Made by a program: the position numbers and the translations under genes. DNA of 64,000 nt from an uncultured Acidobacteriota bacterium (GTDB lineage: Bacteria > Acidobacteriota > Vicinamibacteria > Vicinamibacterales > 2-12-FULL-66-21), in assembly GCA_963734695.1 (NCBI GenBank), contig CAVTIL010000015.1, forward strand, positions 465,260 through 529,259, in the 5' to 3' direction. Positions 31,098-39,518 of the stretch are shown here, piece after piece. Numbering within the stretch: position 1 is the stretch's first letter; every line of letters starts with the position of its first letter. A model generated the notes under the pieces. That model searched no databases. It saw only the letters and a program-made list of their open reading frames with translations, and was not told the origin of the DNA.

Positions 31098-32903
31098 ATG
31101 ACCCTGTCGTACGCACTCGTTCTCGAAGTCGCAGCCGCGATCCTGGCCGGTCTCGGCGCGATCGTGGTTCTCTCGAGCATTCGTGTCATCAAGGAGGATG
31201 AGTCGGGACTGGTGATCAAGCGATTCGGACCGCCGCTGCCGTCCGGCCGGATCATCGCGCTCAACGGCGAGGCCGGCTATCAGGCGCGTCTCTTGTCGCC
31301 AGGGTGGCACTTCGGGCTCTGGCGCTGGGAGTACAAGGTGGAGCGCGTTCCGATGGTGGTGATCCAACCGGGTGAGATCGCGCTGGTCGTCGCCGCCGAT
31401 GGTGAGACCATCCCGCCTGAGCGTGTGCTCGCGCATACGGTGGCGTGCAACGACTACCAGGATGCTGAGGGCTTTCTCGTCAACCACGGAGAGCGCGGCC
31501 GGCAGATTTCGGTGCTGACGGCCGGCACGTACCGTATCAACCCGGCGCTCTTCGAAGTCGTGACACCGGCCACGGCCAAGGCGCATGACATGGTGCCGGC
31601 GCAGTTGCACGTGTATCAGGTGCCGCCCGATCGCGTGAGCATTGTCACGATGCTGGACGGACGACCGATTTCGGCAGGCGATCTCGCCGGCCCTGTCGTA
31701 GCCGGACATGAGAGCTTCCAGCGCGGTCAGGCGTTCATGGACGCCAACGGCTGCCGCGGTCTGCAGGAGGAGGTGCTGCTGTCAGGCTCGTGGAACCTCA
31801 ACCCGTGGCTCGTGCAGGTCGAGCAGGTCCCGCTCACGGAGATCCCGATCGGGTACGTGGGCGTGGTCGTGAGCTACGTCGGGCGTGAACACCTGGACGT
31901 GTCGGGTGACGCGTTCACGCACGGCGATCTGGTGGAACGCGGACGCAAGGGCGTGTGGGTCGAGCCGCTCCTGCCCGGCAAGCACCCCATCAACGTGCGC
32001 GTCATGAAGGTGGAGCTCGTGCCGACGACGAACATCGTGCTGAACTGGGCGCAGCGAACCGAGGCGCATCACTACGACGAGCGGCTGTCGTCCATCAATG
32101 TGCGCTCGAAGGACGGGTTCTCGTTCAGCCTGGACGTGTCGCAGATCATCCATATCGGCATGAAGAACGCGCCGAGGGTCATCTCGCGCGTGGGCTCGAT
32201 GCAGAACCTCGTCGATCACGTCCTGCAGCCGACGGTCGGTAACTACTTCAGGAACTCGGCTCAGGAGGTGACCGTTCTCGATTTCCTGTGGGCGAGATCG
32301 GAGCGCCAGCGGGAGGCGTTTCAGAACATCCGCAAGGCGGTCGAGGCGTACGACGTGGAGTGCATCGACACGCTGATCGGCGACATCGCGCCGCCGGCGG
32401 AATTGATGAAGACCCAGACTGACCGCAAGATCGCGGCGGAGCTGCAGCGCACCTACGACGCGCAGCGCGAGGCGGAGATTCAGCGCCAGACGCTGGAGCG
32501 CGAAACGGCGATCGCGAACCTGCAGAGCGAGGTCGTTCGCTCCGAACAGATGGTGCGCATCTCGCAGCAGAACGCCCTCGCGGCCGCGGAAACGGCGCGA
32601 GGCGAGGCCAACGCGACCAAGTTGCGCGCGGAAGGCACCGCGGCGGCGGTTCGCATGGCGGGCGACGGTGAAGCCGCGGCAGTCCGTGCGGTCGGCGCCG
32701 CGAAGGCCGAAGCCTACCGCCTGGGCATCGAGGCGGTCGGCGCCGCCGGGTATACCTCCATGCAGATGGCGTCGATCCTCGGCGAGAACAAGGTGAAGCT
32801 GGTACCCGACATCGCCGTCAGCGGCGACGGCGGAGGACTGGTCAACGCCATGCTGGCGCGGCTGCTGGCAACAGGCGGGTCGGTCGAACCGCCGAAGCGC
32901 TAA
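31098..32903 (+). CDS. flotillin-like SPFH/band-7 domain membrane protein
   Basis: 601 aa. N-terminal TM (LVLEVAAAILAGLGAIVVLSS). SPFH domain. Long Ala/Glu-rich coiled-coil flotillin tail (AAETARGEANATKLRAEGTAAAVR...). Intact. Confidence 0.8.
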   Translation: MTLSYALVLEVAAAILAGLGAIVVLSSIRVIKEDESGLVIKRFGPPLPSGRIIALNGEAGYQARLLSPGWHFGLWRWEYKVERVPMVVIQPGEIALVVAADGETIPPERVLAHTVACNDYQDAEGFLVNHGERGRQISVLTAGTYRINPALFEVVTPATAKAHDMVPAQLHVYQVPPDRVSIVTMLDGRPISAGDLAGPVVAGHESFQRGQAFMDANGCRGLQEEVLLSGSWNLNPWLVQVEQVPLTEIPIGYVGVVVSYVGREHLDVSGDAFTHGDLVERGRKGVWVEPLLPGKHPINVRVMKVELVPTTNIVLNWAQRTEAHHYDERLSSINVRSKDGFSFSLDVSQIIHIGMKNAPRVISRVGSMQNLVDHVLQPTVGNYFRNSAQEVTVLDFLWARSERQREAFQNIRKAVEAYDVECIDTLIGDIAPPAELMKTQTDRKIAAELQRTYDAQREAEIQRQTLERETAIANLQSEVVRSEQMVRISQQNALAAAETARGEANATKLRAEGTAAAVRMAGDGEAAAVRAVGAAKAEAYRLGIEAVGAAGYTSMQMASILGENKVKLVPDIAVSGDGGGLVNAMLARLLATGGSVEPPKR

Positions 32904-32955
32904 CGAACGATGGCTCCCCCGCTCCGCGGTTTCGGCCGCGGGGCGGGTGACGCCG

Positions 32956-35697
32956 TCAGGGTTGCGGTCGTCCTGACGCAACGCGTCTTTTTAGATCCTC
33001 GAACCAATTGACCACGAGGTTGATCTGCGCGGCAGGCACGTCGGGCTCCACCGGCTGAACCATCAGGAATCGTCCATCTGCCGCCACGTCGTAGCCGGCA
33101 CCGCCGGTGTCGGTTCGCATGTAGTGACCCTCGAAGAGCACTCGCGGAAGCCCGGCAGCCAGCGTCGGCTTGTTCGATATCCGGACCGCCAGCATCGTGT
33201 CCTGTCGACGGTAGTACAACTCCTGGCCATTCCGTGACCAGGCAGGCTCATAGCCTCCATCGATCGAGACCTGCAGCTTGGCGCCGGGACCCGGGAAGGC
33301 CCTTACATAGATCTCGCTCTTGCCGGACTCGTCCGACGAATACGCGAGCGAGTGGCCGTCTGGTGCGAAGCGGGCGCCTCCCTCTACGGATCCCGTCTTC
33401 AGAAATACCTGCGGCTCACGCCGATCCATCTGAAGGACCATGAGGTCCGGCCCGGTGCCGGTCGAGGTATCCACGAACGCCAGGGACTTGCCATCCACTG
33501 ACCACGACGTCGGAGTCTGAAGGTTCTCGCTCGTGGTCAATCGCTTCTCTTCGCCGCCGCCGTCCACCGCCTTCACGTACAGATTCCGAAAGCCGGTCCG
33601 GCTCCCGCGATAGACGATGCGCGTGCCGTCCGGGGACCAGGTCGCGGATTGGCTACTCCCCACCGACGTCGACGTCAACGCGGCCAACGTGTGCCGAGTC
33701 AGGTCGTAGATCCATATGGCCTCGATAGCGCCCAGCGTGGTGAAAGCAAGATATTGTCCGTCGGGCGAGAGCATTGGATCCGTATACCCGCGCGGCGGCA
33801 GCGGCAGCGGATCGACGTTTCCGCCGGGGTCAACCCACACCAGCCGTCGGTCAAAGCGCCTCGGCGCTGCCGGGAGATAGGCCAGCAAGCCCGAGCCGGA
33901 CACAGTGAAGTGCGCGCCTTCATCGTCGAAGGCTCGTTCAGGCAGCGCCACTGGCGCACCGCTCACCTGCAGCTGCGAGAGATCGAACGGCACCGCAAAC
34001 AGCGCGTCGTCTCTGGAATAGACGATGTGTCCGGAGGATACGTACCGGCCCGTGCTCGCCCCCGGGACCAGTACCCGACGTTCGCCTGAGCCCAGCATGT
34101 GCAGATGAAGGTGTCTTTCATCCGACCCCGGACCGGTCCAGACCGTGAAGATGACGGCCGCACCGCCCGGCAGCATCTGCGGCCATCGATGGCTCACCTC
34201 GCCTTTGCTCCGGTCGAGCGTCGTGACCACGGTTGCCGAACCGCCCGCGGCAGAGACCTTCCACAAGGCCGAGGTGTTCGTCGGGGCAAAGTAGATCGTA
34301 TCGTCAGCCGCCCAGGTTCCGCCCTCGGTGCTCGCCGCGTCGCAAACGCTCTGGACGGCCCCACCAGTCGTGGGCACCCTCTTGAGTTTGCCCGTCGAGA
34401 AAAACCCGATCGACTGGCCGTCCGGGGAGAAGAATGGCGCGACGGCTTGCTCGGTTCCGGGGATTGCGCGTGTTTCCAGGCTGTCGACCGCGCGAATGAA
34501 GATCTGGGTCGTGCCTCCATGCAGGCCGATGTAAGCGAGCAATGTGCCGTCGGGAGACAACGCGATCGAGGGCCGTAGCGGATCCCCTATCAGGTCGCCC
34601 GGTGGCAACGGCATGGCGAGGCGGACGACGGGAGACGGAGGGACACTCGCCAGAGGTTTCAACGCCCACGTTGCAGCGACTGCAGCAACGACCGCAGCAA
34701 GGACGAGGACCGCTGCACGAGTGATTGAAATCCCTTTTCGCTGATTCGACGTTTCCGCTCTCGCGGCAGGGGAGACGTCGATCGCGGTCGCTGAGCTGCT
34801 CTCCAGCACCCACGTCAACTCGCGCGCGACGTCGCGGGCGCTCTGCCATCGATCCTCCGGGTCCTTCGCAAGACACGTCGCGATCAATCGGTCCAGCGCA
34901 CGAGGCGCCACCGGCTGGAGCGTCGACGCCGGTGGTGGCGTATCGCTCATGATCGAGCGCATCAGGCTCATCCGGCTGGGTCCGTCGAACGCCTTCTTGC
35001 CCGTGATCATCTCGTGGAGCAGCGTTCCAAACGCAAAGATGTCCGTTCTGGCGTCCGTCTCCTGCCCCTCGAGCTGTTCCGGCGCCATGTACTGCAGTGT
35101 GCCCAGAACCTCTCCTGCAACGGTCACATCGGCCTCGGTCGCGCCTACCGAGACCAACGCGCTCTGAGGATCCCGGAGCTTCGCCAGACCGAAGTCGAGC
35201 AGCTTCACACCGCTCTTGGTCAGCATCACGTTCCCGGGCTTCAGGTCCCGGTGCGTCACGCCGTGCCGATGCGCCTGATCCAGGGCGTCCGCGATCTCAA
35301 TTGCGTAGCGCAGCGTCTCGGGGATCCGAATTGGGCCGTGCTGGAGACGTGCGGCCAGTGTTTCGCCGTTCACGAGTTCCATCACGAGAAAGTCAATCTG
35401 CTCGTGGCGGCCCACGTCGTGAAGCGTGGTGATATGCGGGTGGTTCAACCCCGCGATCGTGCGTGCTTCGCGCTCGAAGCGGGCGCGGGCCTCGGGGTAC
35501 GACGACAAGTGCGCCGGGATGACTTTGATGGCGACGCTTCGATTGAGGCGGGGATCGCGCGCCTCGTAGACCTCGCCCATGCCACCGGCGCCAATGAGGG
35601 CGACGATTTCGTAGTGCCCCAGCCGGTTTCCTGCGGTCAAAGGCATGATTTGTCCAGGAGTGGCTGGATTATGGCATCGATCGAGCGGGCGGACCAT
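32956..35697 (-). CDS. Ser/Thr protein kinase with TM segment and large C-terminal PD40/WD40-like beta-propeller domain
   Basis: 913 aa. Kinase motifs GAGGMGEVYEARD, AIKVI, HRDLKPGNVML, DFGLAK, YMAPEQ. Then a TM segment (VLVLAAVVAAVAATWAL) and repeated PD40-like units (SPDG...LAF/LAY). Intact. Confidence 0.8.
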   Translation of the reverse strand: MVRPLDRCHNPATPGQIMPLTAGNRLGHYEIVALIGAGGMGEVYEARDPRLNRSVAIKVIPAHLSSYPEARARFEREARTIAGLNHPHITTLHDVGRHEQIDFLVMELVNGETLAARLQHGPIRIPETLRYAIEIADALDQAHRHGVTHRDLKPGNVMLTKSGVKLLDFGLAKLRDPQSALVSVGATEADVTVAGEVLGTLQYMAPEQLEGQETDARTDIFAFGTLLHEMITGKKAFDGPSRMSLMRSIMSDTPPPASTLQPVAPRALDRLIATCLAKDPEDRWQSARDVARELTWVLESSSATAIDVSPAARAETSNQRKGISITRAAVLVLAAVVAAVAATWALKPLASVPPSPVVRLAMPLPPGDLIGDPLRPSIALSPDGTLLAYIGLHGGTTQIFIRAVDSLETRAIPGTEQAVAPFFSPDGQSIGFFSTGKLKRVPTTGGAVQSVCDAASTEGGTWAADDTIYFAPTNTSALWKVSAAGGSATVVTTLDRSKGEVSHRWPQMLPGGAAVIFTVWTGPGSDERHLHLHMLGSGERRVLVPGASTGRYVSSGHIVYSRDDALFAVPFDLSQLQVSGAPVALPERAFDDEGAHFTVSGSGLLAYLPAAPRRFDRRLVWVDPGGNVDPLPLPPRGYTDPMLSPDGQYLAFTTLGAIEAIWIYDLTRHTLAALTSTSVGSSQSATWSPDGTRIVYRGSRTGFRNLYVKAVDGGGEEKRLTTSENLQTPTSWSVDGKSLAFVDTSTGTGPDLMVLQMDRREPQVFLKTGSVEGGARFAPDGHSLAYSSDESGKSEIYVRAFPGPGAKLQVSIDGGYEPAWSRNGQELYYRRQDTMLAVRISNKPTLAAGLPRVLFEGHYMRTDTGGAGYDVAADGRFLMVQPVEPDVPAAQINLVVNWFEDLKRRVASGRPQP

Positions 35698-35723
35698 CCG
35701 CCAGGCCGCATCGACGCAGAAGA

Positions 35724-35758
35724 CTTGACAGTTCCCCGCCGCTGCAAACTAATAGGGA
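35724..35758 (+). promoter_or_regulatory. candidate promoter: CTTGACAG plus CTGCAAACTAATAGGGAC block (copy 2 of 2)
   Basis: cttgacagttccccgccgctgcaaactaatagggac lies about 55 nt upstream of the ThuA-like gene start at 35810. It matches 16156-16192 except for a 1-nt spacer difference. Confidence 0.4.
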
Positions 35759-35809
35759 CGTCAATTCGGACCATGCCCGCCATGGTTCGGCACACTCCGA
35801 GGTCCTCTC

Positions 35810-36748
35810 ATGACGACGGCATTTACCCGTTTCAGCCGCATCAGTCCGCTCTTCGTCGCCCTCGCGATCGTCGCCGCCCCCCACATCCTGAACGGCGCCA
35901 ATAAGCGCATCGTCCTCATCGCCGGCAGGCCGAGCCACGCGCCGGGTGAGCACGAGTTCCGCGCGGGATCGATGCTGCTCCAGAAGGCGCTCAGCGGCGT
36001 CAGCGGCGTCACCGTGGATGTCATCACGATGGGCTGGCCGACCAAGACCGTCGACGGGCAGGTCGTTGACGACAACGCTGCGCTCGACAACGCCGATGCG
36101 GTTTTGATCTACGCCGACGGCGGCGGCGGTCATCCGGCCATCCAGCGCGATCACATGAAGGTCATCGACGCGCTGGCGGCGAAGGGTGTCGGCCTGGGCT
36201 TCGCGCACTACGGCGTCGAAGTGCCGGCCGGCCCGACAGGCGAGGCGATGCAGCGCTGGAATGCCGGCTATTACGAAACGAATTTTTCAGTGAACCCGAT
36301 GTGGAGTCCGGCATTCGACAAGTTCCCGAACCACCCGGTGACCAGGGGCGTCAAGCCGTTCGGCAACAACGACGAGTGGTACTTCAACATGCGCTGGACC
36401 GGCGACGCGTCGTTGATGAAGCGGCTGACGCCGATCCTGACGGCAAAGCCTAGCGACGAGGTTCGGAAGGGACCGTATGTCTCTCCCAAGGGCCCCTACC
36501 CGCACATCATCGCGGACAGCGGCAAGGTCGAGACGATGATGTGGGTGTACGAGCGGCCGGATGGCGGCCGAAGCTTCGGGTTTACGGGCGGCCACACGCA
36601 CACCAACTGGGGTGATGTGAGTCAGCGGAAGGTCGTCCTGAATGCGCTGCTGTGGATCGCCAAGATGGACGTGCCCGCTGGCGGGGTCCAGGACTCAATC
36701 ACGCCGGCAGATCTGACAGTGAACCTCGACGACAAGAGAAGGAAATAA
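35810..36748 (+). CDS. ThuA-family (class I glutamine amidotransferase-like) secreted protein
   Basis: 312 aa. Signal peptide ISPLFVALAIVAAPHILNGA. Motifs IVLIAGRPSHAPGEHEF and DAVLIYADGGGGH typical of ThuA domain proteins. Confidence 0.65.
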   Translation: MTTAFTRFSRISPLFVALAIVAAPHILNGANKRIVLIAGRPSHAPGEHEFRAGSMLLQKALSGVSGVTVDVITMGWPTKTVDGQVVDDNAALDNADAVLIYADGGGGHPAIQRDHMKVIDALAAKGVGLGFAHYGVEVPAGPTGEAMQRWNAGYYETNFSVNPMWSPAFDKFPNHPVTRGVKPFGNNDEWYFNMRWTGDASLMKRLTPILTAKPSDEVRKGPYVSPKGPYPHIIADSGKVETMMWVYERPDGGRSFGFTGGHTHTNWGDVSQRKVVLNALLWIAKMDVPAGGVQDSITPADLTVNLDDKRRK

Positions 36749-36751
36749 TCG

Positions 36752-37821
36752 TCACTGAAAGTACGCGTCGACGGTTTCGATGGAGCCGTCGGCGCGGTAC
36801 TTCAACTCGGTGACCTTGATGTTGCGCAGGTGCGTCTGCCCTCCCGACAACTGCGCGTCGTGGTAGAAGAGGTACCACTTTCCCTTGAATTCAACGATGG
36901 AGTGATGATTCGTCCAGCCGAGGACCGGCTCAAGTACTTTGCCGCGGATGGTGAAGGGACCGTACGGCGACTTCGCCGTGGCGTACATGATGAAGTGCGT
37001 GTCGCCGGTTGAGTACGAGAAATAGTACGTCCCGTTGTACTTGTGCATCCACGACGCTTCGAAGAAGCGCCGCCCGTTGTCTCCATAGGTCAGCGGCTTG
37101 CCTGCTTCATCGACGAGCACACATCCTTTGGCGCCTCCGCGAGGCTGACCATGTCGTCGCCAAGCCGCGCAACCTTCGCGCTGAGTGCAGGCTGATCCTT
37201 TGCGGGATACTCATCCTTGGCGACATAGGTGCCCGTCGCCCAACGCTGCAGCTGCCCGCCCCAGATGCCGCCAAAGTACATGTAGTACTTGCCGTCAGCG
37301 TCCTTGAAGACTGCCGGATCGATGCTGTACGTGCCCTTGATCGCTTCGGACTGTGCCTTGAACGGACCGGCAGGCTTGTCGGAAACGGCGGCGCCAATCC
37401 GGAAGACGTCCTGCTTGTCCTTCACCGGAAAGTACAGGTAGTACTTCCCGCCCCTCTCGGCCGCGTCAGGCGCCCACATCTGCCGGCCTGCCCACGGCAC
37501 ATCCTTGATGTCGAGCGCGACGCCGTGATCGGTGACCGGGCCGCCGACCGCGTCCATCGAAAGCACATGGTAGTCGCGCATGGCGAAGTGGCTGCCGAGA
37601 TCATCAGGAGGAACGCCGGCGTCGATGTCGTGCGAAGGGTAGATGTAGATCTTGCCGTTGAAGACGTGGGCGGAAGGATCGGCGGTGTAGATCTCCTTGA
37701 TGAGCGGCTGTGTCAGAAACTTCGCCGGATCCGGTTTCTGGGCGGCCCCGCCCTGGCCACCCACCAGCGCCGCAGACGCGACAACAGCAACAACCACACC
37801 CGTGATTCCGCATCGGCACAT
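36752..37821 (-). CDS. glycoside hydrolase family 43 (beta-xylosidase/alpha-L-arabinofuranosidase-like). Apparent frameshift near 37110.
   Basis: N-terminal ORF 37090..37821 has a signal peptide plus a GH43 core (ADPSAHVFNGKIYIYPSHD, GGKYYLYF). C-terminal ORF 36752..37120 has YYFSYSTGDTHFIMYATAKSPYGPF and GKWYLFYH. The two overlap by about 30 nt. Confidence 0.7.
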
Positions 37822-37966
37822 GATTCAGCCCCGCGATCAAGCAGCCCTGAAGGGCTGCGCTACATACCCTGAACACGTGAGAGAAGCGTGGTGAGCATAG
37901 ACCGACCGTTGACGACGAGCAACTATCCTGGCGGGAACCGCGCGCAGGAGTTGTATAAACAGGTGC

Positions 37967-38800
37967 ATGCGGGGACTGAACCGCCTCACGTTTGCAGCGG
38001 CGGCTCTACTCCTGGGCGCGTGGTCCCCGGGTTGCGGCGGCTCGTCTGCCTCGACAACACCGACCTCAATACCGCCTCCCGCTGCGCAATCATGGGCTGA
38101 CGAGTTCGATGGCCCCGCGAACACGCTGCCAGATCCCGCAAAGTGGACTTACGATCTCGGCAACAACAACGGGTGGGGAAATCGGGAACTGGAGAACTAC
38201 ACGAATCTCGTTCAAAACGTGCACGTCGATGGCTCCGGTCACCTGATCATTCACGTGGACCAGAGCGGTTCCACCTACACGTCGGCGCGAATCAAGACAC
38301 AAGGATTGTTCTCGGCGCGGTACGGCCGTGTCGAGGCTCGCATCCGGCTGCCATTCGGCCAGGGCATCTGGCCGGCGTTCTGGATGCTGGGGACCAACAT
38401 CACGTCTGTCGGATGGCCGCAGTGCGGAGAAGTCGACGTGATGGAGAACATCGGCCGCGAACCGTCGGTCAACCACGGCAGCCTTCACGGGCCCGGCTAC
38501 TCGGGCGGGAATTCGGTCACCGGACTGTTCACGCTCCCCGGCGGAGTGAAATTCTCAGACGACTTTCACGTGTTCGCGGTGCAGTGGGCGGCGCAGAGTG
38601 TCGCGTTCTCCGTGGACGGCAATACCTACAGGACCGTCACGCCCGCAACGCTTCCGCCCGGAGCGCCGTGGGTCTTCGACAGTCCGTTCTTTCTGATCCT
38701 GAACGTCGCCGTCGGCGGCAATTTCCCTGGGAACCCCGACGCGAGCACGCAGTTTCCGCAGGAGATGATCGTCGATTACGTCCGGGTATCCGGCGCGTAA
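37967..38800 (+). CDS. glycoside hydrolase family 16 (laminarinase/beta-glucanase-like) lipoprotein
   Basis: Lipobox LLLGAWSPGC. GH16 core with EVDVME-type catalytic motif (GEVDVMENIG). Intact, 277 aa. Confidence 0.8.
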   Translation: MRGLNRLTFAAAALLLGAWSPGCGGSSASTTPTSIPPPAAQSWADEFDGPANTLPDPAKWTYDLGNNNGWGNRELENYTNLVQNVHVDGSGHLIIHVDQSGSTYTSARIKTQGLFSARYGRVEARIRLPFGQGIWPAFWMLGTNITSVGWPQCGEVDVMENIGREPSVNHGSLHGPGYSGGNSVTGLFTLPGGVKFSDDFHVFAVQWAAQSVAFSVDGNTYRTVTPATLPPGAPWVFDSPFFLILNVAVGGNFPGNPDASTQFPQEMIVDYVRVSGA

Positions 38801-39000
38801 CGGAGGAGACGGAGAGCACGGAACAAGATCAACACGGAGGCACGGGGGCACGGAGGGTTGTCCGTCACTCGCTGAGAACCTGCCTCACGCTGAGGGCGCT
38901 CAGGAACCAGTCTCGCGCAGAGGTCGCAGAGCGCGCAAATACTTGTTCGTTCTGGGTTCTCGGTGATCTCGACGCGAATCGGACGAGCGTGGCTGGCCCG

Positions 39001-39020
39001 ACGCCGGCTGTCGCCGGCGT
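39001..39020. terminator. GC hairpin between convergent genes (acgccggc-tgtc-gccggcgt), possible bidirectional terminator
   Basis: 8-bp perfect stem read directly. No clear U-tract, so confidence is low. Confidence 0.3.
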
Positions 39021-39069
39021 TCAAGGGCACACTGGAATTGAGAGCACGAACGCTTCAGAGTCCCCTCCG

Positions 39070-39414
39070 TCACGGTCTGACAGCCATCCGCACCCGTTCG
39101 CTGTGGAGCTCGTGCAAGAGCCGCATGATGTTGTACGCCGTCAGCTCCACGAGCACCGTCGTCACCTTCGAATGAAGCGGATCGCTCAGCTCACCTTCGA
39201 CGTTCTTCATCGCCGCAACGAGGCGCTGCTCCTGCCCGGCGAGCTCCTGCTTCGAGACCACGCCGTCGGCCAGCGCGCTCGTGAAAGATTCCAGCTTGCT
39301 GACGCGTTCCTGGATTGCCGGGTGCTCCGCTTTCTCATCGAACCAACTCGTTCGTGCCACGAGATACCTCATTTCTTCCTTTTGCGCTGGGGCCCTCCGC
39401 CTCCGCGCGCTCAA
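39070..39414 (-). CDS. small alpha-helical hypothetical protein, last gene of the AAA-ATPase operon
   Basis: 114-aa ORF. A more likely start is the ATG at 39372 (MRYLVARTSWFDEK), preceded by AAGGAAG. No recognisable family. Confidence 0.45.
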   Translation of the reverse strand: MSARRRRAPAQKEEMRYLVARTSWFDEKAEHPAIQERVSKLESFTSALADGVVSKQELAGQEQRLVAAMKNVEGELSDPLHSKVTTVLVELTAYNIMRLLHELHSERVRMAVRP

Positions 39415-39518
39415 TGTTATCCGCGCTACGGCGAGACCTCGCCGGAGCCTTTGGCGTAGGCGGGCACCCCCAGCGCTCGCTCGTTCGCTCGCGCCGGCTG
39501 ATCGCTACGACTTTCCAC

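Noticed and set aside
31782-32981. 399-aa minus-strand ORF inside the flotillin gene
   Set aside because: Antisense artefact. The flotillin frame has conserved SPFH and EA-repeat regions.
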